Shown: positions 20,821 to 31,424, counted from the stretch's first letter. The stretch: 64,000 bases of DNA from Candidatus Bathyarchaeota archaeon (GCA_963775465.1 CAVZIW010000011.1:1-64000), one strand, 5' to 3'. Numbers and translations: made by a program. The notes: generated by a model from the sequence alone, not told the origin.

Positions 20821-21558
20821 ATGAAACCAAAAGTTGCATTCTTTGATTTTGCTGGTTGCGAAGGCGACCAGCTCCAAATTGCGAATTTAGAAGAAGATAT
20901 ACTGACTTTGCTAGGTCAAGTGGAAGTAGTCAGCTTCCGCGAAGTCATGAAAGAACACAGCGACAACTACGACATAGCCTTTATCGAAGGCTCATGCACA
21001 AGACTACAAGATGAAGATAGACTAAAACAGATCAGAAAGAACGCCAAAATCGTCGTTGCAATAGGGTCCTGCGCTACAATCGGAGGCATAAATTCTCTTA
21101 GAAACTATAAAGAAATCGATGATGTCAAGAAAGCTGTCTATGGAGAAAACGCAAGACTCTTTGACACATATACTGCAAGACCTATTGACGCAGTTATACC
21201 AGTCGACGCTTATGTGCACGGTTGCCCCATGACAAAGGAAGAATTCCTAAGTGTGGTCAAATCATTGTTAATGGGCAAAAAACCAGAAATACCAAATTAC
21301 CCCGTTTGCGTTGAATGCAAGAAAAACGAAAACGTCTGCGCATTTGAAAGAGGACAATACTGTGTAGGAACCGTCACCAGAGCAGGCTGCAACTCATGCT
21401 GCGTCAACGAAGGAACAATTTGCTGGGGTTGCCGTGGATTGATTGATAATCCTAATGAAAACTCGGAAAAAGAAGTCTTAATGAAATATGGTTTAAGCGT
21501 TGATGATGCAATCAACAAGTTTAAGCTATACTTCGGTTGGCAGGAGAGAAGAAAATGA
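20821..21558 (+). CDS. hydD: Group 3b [NiFe]-hydrogenase small (delta) subunit
   Basis: CEGD, IEGS, GSCATIGG, HGCP, CVEC, CWGC motifs. Confidence 0.92.
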   Translation: MKPKVAFFDFAGCEGDQLQIANLEEDILTLLGQVEVVSFREVMKEHSDNYDIAFIEGSCTRLQDEDRLKQIRKNAKIVVAIGSCATIGGINSLRNYKEIDDVKKAVYGENARLFDTYTARPIDAVIPVDAYVHGCPMTKEEFLSVVKSLLMGKKPEIPNYPVCVECKKNENVCAFERGQYCVGTVTRAGCNSCCVNEGTICWGCRGLIDNPNENSEKEVLMKYGLSVDDAINKFKLYFGWQERRK

Positions 21559-22865
21559 AAAACCAAAACTTAGACATAAATGTACACTACGTCACTCGCG
21601 TTGAGGGACATGGAAACATATTTGTAAACGTAAAAGAAGGCAAGATTGAAAAGTGCGAGTGGGCAATTCCAGAAGCCCCAAGGTTCTTTGAAGCAATGGT
21701 AGTCGGACGAAACTTCAAAGAATTACATCATGTAACTTCAAGAATCTGCGGAATCTGCTCAATAGGTCACACCCTTGCTTCGCTAAAAGCCACAGAAGCA
21801 GCGCTGGGAGTTAAAATCAGTGAACAAGACCTTAAACTTCGAAAACTAGCACTCCACGGAGAAAACATGCAAAGTCACATTCTACACTTAGGCTTCCTAG
21901 TTCTTCCCGATTTGCTCGGAGTCGGCTCCGTTATTCCACTAGCCTCGTCTAATCCAGCTGAGGTAAAAACAGTTTTACGCCTACACCGCCTAGCTAACGA
22001 AATGTCAAATCTGATCTGCGGAAGAACAACTCATCCCCAAAGACTAATTCCAGGCGGATTCTCCAAAATTCCATCAATGAAAGAATTAAAGACGCTAAGG
22101 AAAAGACTCAAAGACTCAATCCCAGACCTACAAGCAGTAGCAGGATTAATCAAGACTTTAGCACCCAAACTGCCAGACTTCACCAGAGAAACCGAATTTA
22201 TTGGCTTAACTAACCCTGACGAATACGCCCTATATGACGGGATACTCGGATCCACCGACACAGGTACCGCCCCCGTAAACGACTACCTAACCTACACAAA
22301 CGAATACATAGTTCCCATATCAACAGCGAAACGAGCAAAACACGCCCGTGACTCCTTCATGGTAGGCGCCCTTGCCCGATTTAACCTAAACTACGACAAA
22401 CTCTCTCCATTAGCAAAGAAAACAGCAGAAACCTTCAACCTCAAACCTGTATGCCATAACCCCTTCATGAATAACATTGCACAACTCGTAGAAGTCGTCC
22501 ACAGCGTAGAAGACTCTATAAAACTAATCAACGAGCTGGAAGCATCAGGCCTGAAGAGCCAATCGATATACAACAACCCAGACATTAAACCAAAAGCCGG
22601 ACGCGGAGTAGGAGCAGTTGAAGTCCCAAGAGGCATCCTATACCACGACTACACATACAACGACAAGGGCACGTGTACAAAAGCAAACTGTGTTATACCA
22701 ACAAACCAGAACCATGCAAACATAGAGTTAGACATGAAAGCGCTGCTTCCTCAAATTCTAGACAAGACAGAAAAAGAAATCGAACTCAACCTAGAAATGC
22801 TCGTTAGAGCCTACGACCCATGCATATCCTGCTCGACACACTACGTTAAAGTTCACTTTACCTAA
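21555..22865 (+). CDS. hydA: Group 3b [NiFe]-hydrogenase large (alpha) subunit
   Basis: TRVEGHG, L1 RICGIC, EVPRG, L2 DPCISCSTH with a short C-terminal extension. Confidence 0.96.
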   Translation: MKNQNLDINVHYVTRVEGHGNIFVNVKEGKIEKCEWAIPEAPRFFEAMVVGRNFKELHHVTSRICGICSIGHTLASLKATEAALGVKISEQDLKLRKLALHGENMQSHILHLGFLVLPDLLGVGSVIPLASSNPAEVKTVLRLHRLANEMSNLICGRTTHPQRLIPGGFSKIPSMKELKTLRKRLKDSIPDLQAVAGLIKTLAPKLPDFTRETEFIGLTNPDEYALYDGILGSTDTGTAPVNDYLTYTNEYIVPISTAKRAKHARDSFMVGALARFNLNYDKLSPLAKKTAETFNLKPVCHNPFMNNIAQLVEVVHSVEDSIKLINELEASGLKSQSIYNNPDIKPKAGRGVGAVEVPRGILYHDYTYNDKGTCTKANCVIPTNQNHANIELDMKALLPQILDKTEKEIELNLEMLVRAYDPCISCSTHYVKVHFT

Positions 22866-22896
22866 TACTTTCTTTTCTTTTTGCAAAAAATAAAAA

Positions 22897-25713
22897 TTAT
22901 GTGGATGCAGCTTTAGGCTGACTATCGGAATCTGCTTTGTTTTCCTTAGAAACTGACTTAGACTGAGCTTTTTGAACCTCTGCGGTGGTTGGAATAGCTA
23001 TCAAGCAGCGTTTATCTATATCTTCATCCTTCAAGTTTAAGTCAGCTCTAATTGTCCCGTCCTTTAGATACTCTATTTGGAAACCCATCTTCTTTGTTAA
23101 GCTTAACGCCCTGTAGTTATCGGGGAGCATTATTGCATACACGCTTTCAATTCCCTTGTCCTTGGCTAAATCCAGCACGTAATCAACCATCTTTGTACCC
23201 AATCCGTAGCCTTGCCATGAATCGCTCACGATAAAAGAGATTTCGCCGTTTTTCCCGTCAGATTCAAAGCTTAAACGACCTACGCCAAGAAGTCTCTTCT
23301 TTCCATTTTCTTCAGTTTCTGCAACTATTGCTATTTCACGGTCGTAATCGATGTTACAGTAGCGGACACGGACTTCATGAGGAGTATCTTTGAGCATTTG
23401 AAAAAAGCGATACCGAATCGATTCGTCAGATAGACTTTGGAACATTTCCAGCCACATAGGTTCGTCTTCTGGCTTTATTGGACGCAAGAGAACTTCATGA
23501 CCGTTCTTTAGCGACCAGAGTAACTCATCTACCTTAGGATACGGACTGATAACCATGTGTTCATGCGGCTCAAATTTACGACAGACATTATGCTTGTCGA
23601 TAACGATTCGCGCATCTAGTATACAAGCTTCTTTTTCGTTAATTAATAGAGGATTTATGTCTATTTCTTTAATTTGAGGAAAATCAACCAGCAATTGAGA
23701 AAACAGAAGTATGGTTTCCTCAAGTTTCTTAAGATTTACAGGTGCTGCATTGCGGTAACCTTTGAGCAGTTTGTAAACTTTAGTTTCCTCCATCATACGG
23801 CGAATAAGAGTAGTGTTCAGTGGAGGAAGAGCAATAGAGGTATCCCTAAAAAGTTCAACACCCACACCACCCATACCGAAAAGGATTACTGGACCAAAAA
23901 CTGGGTCAGTCTTACCACCAATAATTAGTTCATGACCAACCTTTTCAAGCATCTGCTGAACAGTAACCCCGATTATTTGAGCTTTCGGATTGTAGGCAGT
24001 AGCTCGCTTAATCAAAAGTTCAAAGCCATCCCTAACTTCACTTGGCGATTTGACGTTAAGAATTACACCGCCAGCATCACTCTTATGGATAATCTGAGGG
24101 GAGAGAATTTTTAAGACAACTGGAAAACCCATTTCCTGCGCAAACAGAACTGCCTCATCTATGTTGTTAGCTACTGCCGTGCGAACGACTGGAAAATTAT
24201 AGTAACTGAGTATTCTTTTTGCCTCATCTTCAGTTAGAACTTCACGCCCTTCAAATGCCGCGTTTCGAATCAGGACCATTATTGGGCGTTTAGGAGGCGA
24301 TTCATCAACAGGAAGCTCTTCAGGTGTTTCGTAGAGCAAATCGATGTTTCGTTGATAGTTGTACATATACATGTAAGTCTTGATTGCCTGTTCCGGAGTC
24401 GAATAAGTGGGTATATTGTTTGCGTTCAATATTTTGTTGGCTTCTTCAACGGCTCCAAAACCCATAAGTGAAGTCAAAATTGTCTTATTCTGGTAAGTCT
24501 TACTCCTAACAAGCTCGACTATGCTCTTTGCGATTTCGACAGATTCAGAAACAGCTTGCTGAGTAAACACAATCATTATACCGTCTATGTTTTCGTCGTT
24601 AAGACAAGCCTCAACTGCCGCTCTGTAACGGTCAGATTTGGCATCTCCTAAAACATCTATTGGATTGCCATGACTCCAAAAAGGAGGAAGAACCGCATCA
24701 AGCGATTCAATAGTCTTTTGGCTTAACTTGGCAAGTTTGCCACCCTGAGCAATTAAGGCATCCGTTGTCATCACACCAGGGCCGCCGGCATTAGTTATTA
24801 TAGCCAATCGGGGACCTTTCGGCAAAGGCTGTGTCCCTAACACCTCAGCGCAATTGAATAAGTCCTCGATCTCGCTCACTCGAACGATACCCGCGCGTTT
24901 GAAGGCAGCGTCGTAAATCCCATCTTCACCTGAAAGCGACCCGGTATGGGAAGCAGCCGCCTTGGCGCTCTCGGAAAACTTGCCGGACTTAACAACAACG
25001 ATGGGTTTAGTTCTCGCAAAATGCCGAGCAGCACTCATGAATTTGCGGGCTTCAGTTAATCCTTCAACGTACATCAAGATACTCTTGGTCTTAGGGTCGG
25101 AACCGAAGTAATCAATCAAATCTCCAAAGTCAACATCTATCATGGATCCAACCGAAACAAAGTTGCTAAAACCGATGTTTTCATGTATAGCCCAGTCAAG
25201 AATGGCAGATCCCAAAGCCCCACTTTGCGAAATGAAAGCAATGTTGCCAGCTTTAGGCATCTTATCCAAAAAAGTTGCGTTAAGGTTATTTCTTGGTCTT
25301 ATAAGTCCAATGCAATTTGGACCGACTATTCGAATCCCATATTTCTTGGCGATCTCTGCGCATTTCTCTTCCAATGCCTTACCTTCGGGGCCTGTCTCTT
25401 TAAAGCCGGCAGAAACAATTATTACACCTTTGACATTCGCCTTGCCACATTCTTCTATTACATCGGGAACAGTTTTAGCAGGAGTTGCAATGATCGCCAA
25501 ATCGATTGCATGTGGAACTTTTTCAACTGAAGGATAAGTCTTTACGCCTAAAATCTCTGACTTACGTATGTTAATAAAATAGACTTTGCCTGAATAACCC
25601 ATTTGAGTAAAATTCTTAACTATGGCATATCCAACTGACCCTTCAGAATCACTAGCGCCTATAATTGCTACACTGTTGGGGTTAAAAATTTTGTCTAGAT
25701 TTTTGGTAACCAT
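22897..25713 (-). CDS. ADP-forming acyl-CoA ligase (alpha+beta) fused to a C-terminal GNAT (Pat/PatZ-like)
   Basis: IGAS CoA-binding region, GPNCIG, SQSG, ASHTG, NPIDVLG, ATP-grasp HKSDAGGV/DINPL, GNAT motif QGYGLGT. Confidence 0.92.
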   Translation of the reverse strand: MVTKNLDKIFNPNSVAIIGASDSEGSVGYAIVKNFTQMGYSGKVYFINIRKSEILGVKTYPSVEKVPHAIDLAIIATPAKTVPDVIEECGKANVKGVIIVSAGFKETGPEGKALEEKCAEIAKKYGIRIVGPNCIGLIRPRNNLNATFLDKMPKAGNIAFISQSGALGSAILDWAIHENIGFSNFVSVGSMIDVDFGDLIDYFGSDPKTKSILMYVEGLTEARKFMSAARHFARTKPIVVVKSGKFSESAKAAASHTGSLSGEDGIYDAAFKRAGIVRVSEIEDLFNCAEVLGTQPLPKGPRLAIITNAGGPGVMTTDALIAQGGKLAKLSQKTIESLDAVLPPFWSHGNPIDVLGDAKSDRYRAAVEACLNDENIDGIMIVFTQQAVSESVEIAKSIVELVRSKTYQNKTILTSLMGFGAVEEANKILNANNIPTYSTPEQAIKTYMYMYNYQRNIDLLYETPEELPVDESPPKRPIMVLIRNAAFEGREVLTEDEAKRILSYYNFPVVRTAVANNIDEAVLFAQEMGFPVVLKILSPQIIHKSDAGGVILNVKSPSEVRDGFELLIKRATAYNPKAQIIGVTVQQMLEKVGHELIIGGKTDPVFGPVILFGMGGVGVELFRDTSIALPPLNTTLIRRMMEETKVYKLLKGYRNAAPVNLKKLEETILLFSQLLVDFPQIKEIDINPLLINEKEACILDARIVIDKHNVCRKFEPHEHMVISPYPKVDELLWSLKNGHEVLLRPIKPEDEPMWLEMFQSLSDESIRYRFFQMLKDTPHEVRVRYCNIDYDREIAIVAETEENGKKRLLGVGRLSFESDGKNGEISFIVSDSWQGYGLGTKMVDYVLDLAKDKGIESVYAIMLPDNYRALSLTKKMGFQIEYLKDGTIRADLNLKDEDIDKRCLIAIPTTAEVQKAQSKSVSKENKADSDSQPKAAST

Positions 25714-25852
25714 CGGGAATCCTCTGGTTAAGGTTCGTGTAAGACGGACAGATTAAAAGCTTATTGCCTAAAAAACCTTAACCGTTGAATATAACAGGGT
25801 TGTAAAAAGAAAAGCCTCTCGAAATCAAGTGGCTACTGCGGATCAGAGAATC

Positions 25853-26299
25853 CTATTGGAAGTACTTCTTAATCTCACCGAGGGAAAGTATCCTGACACC
25901 GTTTTCATTTAGCATCAATTCAGCTTTCTCCACATTACTTGGCCTTAGAATAAGAGCTATCTTTCCCTCAACGTGAACCGCCGAAGAATAAGCATATTCA
26001 ATGTTGATGCCACAATCACCTAAAATCTTGGTTATCTTTGAGAGAGAATTCTGCTCTGAGATAAAAGTTGCAGTAACCTCAGTGTTCTTCTTTGATTTTG
26101 CAAGATTAAAATCAGCTTCTTCCAAGGCAAATTGAGCTTTTTCCGGATCTTCAGTTATAAACCTAACTAATCCGAATTCGCCCTTATCAGCTATGGACAA
26201 TGCAAACACCTTCAGCTTATTTTCATCAATTTTAGACACAACTTCAAAAAGTGAACCTGGATGATTATCAAGAAAGACACTAACCTGAGTTATCGGCAC
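25853..26299 (-). CDS. Tandem ACT-domain protein
   Basis: QVSVFLDNHPGSL and GINIEYAY motifs; divergent from the paaK/ior operon. Confidence 0.88.
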   Translation of the reverse strand: MPITQVSVFLDNHPGSLFEVVSKIDENKLKVFALSIADKGEFGLVRFITEDPEKAQFALEEADFNLAKSKKNTEVTATFISEQNSLSKITKILGDCGINIEYAYSSAVHVEGKIALILRPSNVEKAELMLNENGVRILSLGEIKKYFQ

Positions 26300-26439
26300 A
26301 CTTCACACCAAGTTATTCAGTAGCAGAAGTTAATATTTAACTTTAACCAAACAATTCCCAACCAAAAAAGAAACTGCATGTTTAACCAACATTTATATTT
26401 TCTATCGGCTAATTCCTTGCTAATCGGAGAAACTAAAAT

Positions 26440-27177
26440 TTGTTAAAATGCACCGACGTTTCAAAGCATTTTGGAGGTCTCCAAGCCGTAAGAAACGTCA
26501 ATTTTAACGTTGATGATGGCGAAATAGCCGGTCTTGTAGGTCCTAACGGAAGTGGCAAATCAACTCTGCTAAACCTAATAAGTGGAGTATACAAACCCGA
26601 CTCAGGACAAATCATTTACAACGGTGAAGATATAGCAAAGTTGGCTCCTCACAAAATTTGTGCCAAAGGAATAACCAAAACTGCGCAGACGGTTCAGTCT
26701 TTTCCAGAAATGACTGCCACAGAAAATGTACTCACAAGCGCAGTGTTTAACCAGAAAAAATTGAAAGAAAAAAGCAATACCCTTCAGAAATCTCGAGAAC
26801 TGCTAGAATTTGTTGGATTAGCAAAAGAAAAATTTGATACTCCTGCAAAAAACCTCAACGTAGTCGAACTACGCCGCATTCAGCTCGCAAAAGCACTGGC
26901 CACTAATCCCAAGATGCTTCTGCTTGACGAATTACTTACCGGCTTAACGCCTAAAGAATGCGATGAAGCCATTGCACTGATCAAACAAATCAACAAACAA
27001 GGGGTTACAGTACTAATAGTTGAACATGTAATGCGAGTCATTATGGGCTTGTGTGATCGGGTGGTAGTTTTACAGCATGGAGAAAAAATCTGCGAAGGCA
27101 CACCAAAACAAGTATGCACGGATGAAAATGTTGTAAACGTGTATTTGGGCAAACGCTTCAAGTTCGGAGAAGAATAA
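26440..27177 (+). CDS. livG: HAAT-family ABC ATPase LivG-like
   Basis: GPNGSGKS, LLLDE, VEHVM, VYLG. Confidence 0.92.
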   Translation: MLKCTDVSKHFGGLQAVRNVNFNVDDGEIAGLVGPNGSGKSTLLNLISGVYKPDSGQIIYNGEDIAKLAPHKICAKGITKTAQTVQSFPEMTATENVLTSAVFNQKKLKEKSNTLQKSRELLEFVGLAKEKFDTPAKNLNVVELRRIQLAKALATNPKMLLLDELLTGLTPKECDEAIALIKQINKQGVTVLIVEHVMRVIMGLCDRVVVLQHGEKICEGTPKQVCTDENVVNVYLGKRFKFGEE

Positions 27178-27179
27178 AC

Positions 27180-27884
27180 ATGTTAGAAGTGGAAGACATC
27201 TCAGCGGCATACGGTATGGTGCAGATACTTCGAAACGTCAACTTCAAAGTTGACGAGAAAGAAATAGTCAGCATTATTGGTCCAAACGGCGCCGGCAAAA
27301 CAACCTTAGTTAAAACAATAATGGGTTTTCTAAAACCCCAAACTGGCTGCATAAGGTTTAGCGGAGAAAACATTGAAAAAACCTCCACTAACGAAATTGT
27401 AACAAAAGGTCTAACTATGATTCCTGAAGGCAGAGAAATTTTTCCTCGGATGAGCGTCTTAGAAAATCTAATGTTAGGTGCATATACCATAAAGGACAAA
27501 GAGCAGGTTAAACAGACTAAAGAGAAAGTCTACGGAATTTTTCCAGTCTTAAAAAAGAAGGAAAAAGCATTAGCGCAAACTCTTAGCGGAGGCGAGCAAC
27601 AAATGCTTGTAATATGTCGAAGTCTTATGTCTAACCCTAAGATGCTGATTCTAGACGAACCGTCGCTAGGTTTAGCGCCCATCATTGTAGAAAAAGTTCT
27701 CGACACTGTCCGAACGATAAACGACGAGGGAGTCACGGTACTTCTTGTGGAGCAGAACATCCATGACAGCTTGAACGTAGCTGATCGAGGTTACGTTCTG
27801 GAAGAGGGCAAGATAATATTGGAAGGCAAAAGTAGGGAACTTTTATCTAATAGTCACATAAAAGAAGTGTATTTAGGTCTCTAA
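27180..27884 (+). CDS. livF: HAAT-family ABC ATPase LivF-like
   Basis: GPNGAGKT, LSGGEQQM, DEPSLGLAP, VEQN. Confidence 0.94.
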   Translation: MLEVEDISAAYGMVQILRNVNFKVDEKEIVSIIGPNGAGKTTLVKTIMGFLKPQTGCIRFSGENIEKTSTNEIVTKGLTMIPEGREIFPRMSVLENLMLGAYTIKDKEQVKQTKEKVYGIFPVLKKKEKALAQTLSGGEQQMLVICRSLMSNPKMLILDEPSLGLAPIIVEKVLDTVRTINDEGVTVLLVEQNIHDSLNVADRGYVLEEGKIILEGKSRELLSNSHIKEVYLGL

Positions 27885-27903
27885 GATAGGCGAGGCAAAG
27901 ACT

Positions 27904-29220
27904 TTGGATGGCAAATACTGGAATGAAAAAATAGAAACAATGCCTGTTGAAGAATTAAAAAAACATCAGCTACAAAAACTCAAAGCACAAGTTAAACACT
28001 GCTATGAACATAGCAGTTTCTACCACAAAAAATTTGACGAGACTAACCTAAAGCCGGACGATATAAAGTCACTGCAAGACTTAGCCAAAATTCCATTCAC
28101 AGTAAAAAACGACCTTAGAGATAACTATCCTTTCGGGATGGTAACCGTCAAACCGCAAGAAATCGTGGAAATACACGCATCCAGCGGCACGACAGGGAAC
28201 CCCATCGTTGGAGCTTACACTAAAGGCGATATGGATATGTGGCAAGAACTCATGGCGCGTTCCATATATACAGTAGGCGGTAGACAAAGCGACGTCATCC
28301 ACATCGCTTATGGTTACGGATTATTCACAGGAGGCTTAGGTTTTCATTATGGCGCTCAAAAACTTGGCGCAAAGATTGTACCTGCAAGCGGTGGCATGAC
28401 GCAACGCCAAATTAAACTAATGAAAGATTTGGAAGCTACTCTCCTTGCATGCACTCCGAGTTTTGCAGTTTATCTTGCAGAAACAATGGCACGAGAGGGG
28501 GTAGACCCTAGACGTGACCTTAACCTTAGACTAGGAATGTTTGGTGCTGAACCATGGTCAAACCAAATTCGCGAACGCGTTGAACGTGAAATGGGTATTC
28601 AAGCCTTCGACGTTTATGGTTTGACAGAGCTGTGCGGTCCAGGAGTCTCAATCGAGTGCTCTGAACATGATGGACTACATGTCTGGGAAGACAATTTTAT
28701 TATCGAAACAATCGATCCAGATACGGGCGAGGTTTTGGAGCCAGGCCAAGAAGGCGAATTAGTCTTCACAACTCTAACTAAAACGGGGATGCCAATGCTT
28801 CGATACAGAACCAGAGACATCTCGAAAGTGAACATCGAACCCTGCAAATGCGGACGCACCCATTCCAGAATGATGCGTATCCACGGCAGATCTGATGATA
28901 TGCTAATTATCCGCGGAGTAAACATTTTTCCATCACAAATCGAATACGCTGTCATGTGTTTCTCTGAACTTGCCGCTCAATATCTAATAGTTGTTGACCG
29001 ACCAAGCGCATTGGATACCTTTGTTGTTAAGGTTGAATTATGCGAAAAAGCCTCTAAAGACCCGAGTCTTGACAAGAATTCCTTGAAAACCGATATTCAA
29101 AAAAGAATTCACATTGTCACGGGAATATCTGCTGACGTTGAAATTGTTAAACCAGGCGAGCTTCCGCGAAGTGAAGGAAAAGCTAAACGGGTTCTTGATT
29201 TACGTAAAGGCAAGATGTAA
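27904..29220 (+). CDS. paaK: Phenylacetate-CoA ligase family
   Basis: SSGTTG, YGLFTGGLG, GAEPW, YGLTE, RYRTRD, PRSEGK. Confidence 0.95.
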   Translation: MDGKYWNEKIETMPVEELKKHQLQKLKAQVKHCYEHSSFYHKKFDETNLKPDDIKSLQDLAKIPFTVKNDLRDNYPFGMVTVKPQEIVEIHASSGTTGNPIVGAYTKGDMDMWQELMARSIYTVGGRQSDVIHIAYGYGLFTGGLGFHYGAQKLGAKIVPASGGMTQRQIKLMKDLEATLLACTPSFAVYLAETMAREGVDPRRDLNLRLGMFGAEPWSNQIRERVEREMGIQAFDVYGLTELCGPGVSIECSEHDGLHVWEDNFIIETIDPDTGEVLEPGQEGELVFTTLTKTGMPMLRYRTRDISKVNIEPCKCGRTHSRMMRIHGRSDDMLIIRGVNIFPSQIEYAVMCFSELAAQYLIVVDRPSALDTFVVKVELCEKASKDPSLDKNSLKTDIQKRIHIVTGISADVEIVKPGELPRSEGKAKRVLDLRKGKM

Positions 29221-29231
29221 AGTTCACAGTT

Positions 29232-31424
29232 ATGACTTCCAAGATTGCACAAGATAAACCTGGCAGTTTTGCTTTGCTTAATGGAGATGAGGCAGTTGCA
29301 CGTGGAGCAGTAGAAGCAAACATCAAAGTCGCATCCGCCTATCCTGGGACCCCTTCTACCGAAATTTTAGAGGCTTTAGCTGAAGTTGCAGAAGAGAGAG
29401 AGTTCTATGCTGAATGGAGCATTAACGAAATCGTCGCAGCTGAAGTCGCTGCCGGTGCTTCAATGACTGGAGTACGTTCGATCGTTTCCATGAAGCATGT
29501 AGGTTTAAACGTTGCATCAGACGCAGTAATGACTTTAGCTTACACTGGAGTTGAAGGCGGCATGGTTATTGCTGTATGTGATGACCCAGCATTGCACAGC
29601 AGCCAAAACGAACAAGACACACGTTACTTCGCAGTCCACTCCAAATTGCCAATACTCGATGCAGGCAATCCTCAAGAAGCCCACGACATGGCAAGAGAAG
29701 CCTTTGAAATCAGCGAAAAACTTCATCTGCCGATTATCTTGCGACTCACAACAAGGGTTGCTCATGGAAAATCCAGAGTAAAATTAGGCAGCCTCCAAAA
29801 AATCAGCCGAAAAGCTGCCTTTGACAAGGACGGCTCCAAATGGGTCATGGTTCCCTCCAACGCAATTCGTCAACATAGAGTTTTGGAAGGTAGGTTAGTT
29901 GAAGCAAAAAAACTCGCCAACGACTCAAAATTCAACTCAATCGAAGACAACAAAAGCGAGATTGGTATAATTGGAAGTGGAGTGGGCTTCTATTATGCTA
30001 GGTCAGTTCTGGATACTTCCAAGTTTTCTTGGCTGAAATTGGGTTTAGCTTACCCCTTCCCAGATGAAACAGTCAAGAATTTTGCGTCGAAAGTAAAAAA
30101 ATTAATCGTAATTGAAGAATTAAGACCCTATCTTGAAGAAAACATCCAGCGAATAGGTCTAAAAACGATCGGCAAAAGTCAATTGGGTTTAGAGGAGATC
30201 GGTGAATTTACCCCCGACATCGTAAGGCAAGCTTTCGCTAAATTAAAATTAACAACCCAAGCAGAAAAACCTGAACTGGTAGATTTGCCGCCTCGACCGC
30301 CGGCTCTTTGCCCTGGTTGCCCTCATCGAGCCTTCTATTACGCTTTAAACATGACAAACCAGCATGTGAACTGCGACAACGAAAAATGTGTTGGCTGCGA
30401 GATCTGTGAGTATGCTTGTTCGTTTGAAAAGGAAAAAGTCTTTAATCCACGCAAATCGCGGATTCGGTCTGTAAGAATTGGTCAGGTAGTTAACACTGCT
30501 ATAACTTGCAAGGCCTGCAAAGACGCTCCTTGCGTAAGAGTTTGCCCCGAAAAAGCTCTAACCCAATCTTTGGAGACAGGGATCATAAAGGTTGATGAGC
30601 AAAAATGTAAAGGCTGTGATTGGTGCATAGACGCTTGCGAGTACGGAGCCATAACGTTGCATCCTAACAGCAACAAAGCCATCATTTGCGATGCTTGCGG
30701 AGGAGACCCAAAATGCATACCTGTCTGTCCCGAAAGTGCCCTGACTTTAGCAGGCAGATCCAACGATAAAATCGTCACGGGCGACATCGGCTGCTACACA
30801 CTGGGTGTTTTGCCTCCGATTAACGTGGTTCAATCATGCCTATGCATGGGGGGCGGAATTTCTCAAGCTGCAGGAATGTTCAATGCAGGGGTTAAAGACA
30901 AAGTGTTTTCAGTTATCGGTGACTCCACATTCTTCCATGGAGGAATGCCTGGATTGCTAAACATTGTGTACAATAAAGCCAATGTTTGCGTGGTCATTTT
31001 GGACAATAGTGTAGTTGCCATGACGGGTCATCAACCGACACCAGGTTCAGGAAAAACAGCAATGGGCAAAGAAGCAAAGAAAATTCAAATTAAAGATATC
31101 GCCAAAAGTGTTGGCATAGAAAAAATCTTAATCGTTGACCCTTACGACCTCCAAGCGACAACTGCAGCTATAAGAGAAACTTTGGACTATCAGGGTCCAT
31201 CAGTTATCATCTCGCAGCGAGCTTGTCCACTGCTCGTGGAAAGAGGCAAACAAAGAGAAGTCAAAGAAGATTGCAACGCCTGCGGAGTTTGCGTTAAAGC
31301 ATTCGGTTGTCCAGCCATCAGTCTTTCTAAAGAGCGTGCAGAAATCGACCCCACCCTCTGCTACGGGTGCGGCGTTTGCGAAACTGTCTGCCCATTTGAC
31401 TCGATACAGAGGAAAGAGCCATGA
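29232..31424 (+). CDS. iorA: Indolepyruvate:ferredoxin oxidoreductase alpha subunit with an internal extra ferredoxin domain
   Basis: YPGTPSTE, MKHVGLNV, SSQNEQD, LCPGCPH, GDIGC, GDSTFFH, C-terminal 2x[4Fe-4S]; insertion at about 30360-30755. Confidence 0.95.
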   Translation: MTSKIAQDKPGSFALLNGDEAVARGAVEANIKVASAYPGTPSTEILEALAEVAEEREFYAEWSINEIVAAEVAAGASMTGVRSIVSMKHVGLNVASDAVMTLAYTGVEGGMVIAVCDDPALHSSQNEQDTRYFAVHSKLPILDAGNPQEAHDMAREAFEISEKLHLPIILRLTTRVAHGKSRVKLGSLQKISRKAAFDKDGSKWVMVPSNAIRQHRVLEGRLVEAKKLANDSKFNSIEDNKSEIGIIGSGVGFYYARSVLDTSKFSWLKLGLAYPFPDETVKNFASKVKKLIVIEELRPYLEENIQRIGLKTIGKSQLGLEEIGEFTPDIVRQAFAKLKLTTQAEKPELVDLPPRPPALCPGCPHRAFYYALNMTNQHVNCDNEKCVGCEICEYACSFEKEKVFNPRKSRIRSVRIGQVVNTAITCKACKDAPCVRVCPEKALTQSLETGIIKVDEQKCKGCDWCIDACEYGAITLHPNSNKAIICDACGGDPKCIPVCPESALTLAGRSNDKIVTGDIGCYTLGVLPPINVVQSCLCMGGGISQAAGMFNAGVKDKVFSVIGDSTFFHGGMPGLLNIVYNKANVCVVILDNSVVAMTGHQPTPGSGKTAMGKEAKKIQIKDIAKSVGIEKILIVDPYDLQATTAAIRETLDYQGPSVIISQRACPLLVERGKQREVKEDCNACGVCVKAFGCPAISLSKERAEIDPTLCYGCGVCETVCPFDSIQRKEP

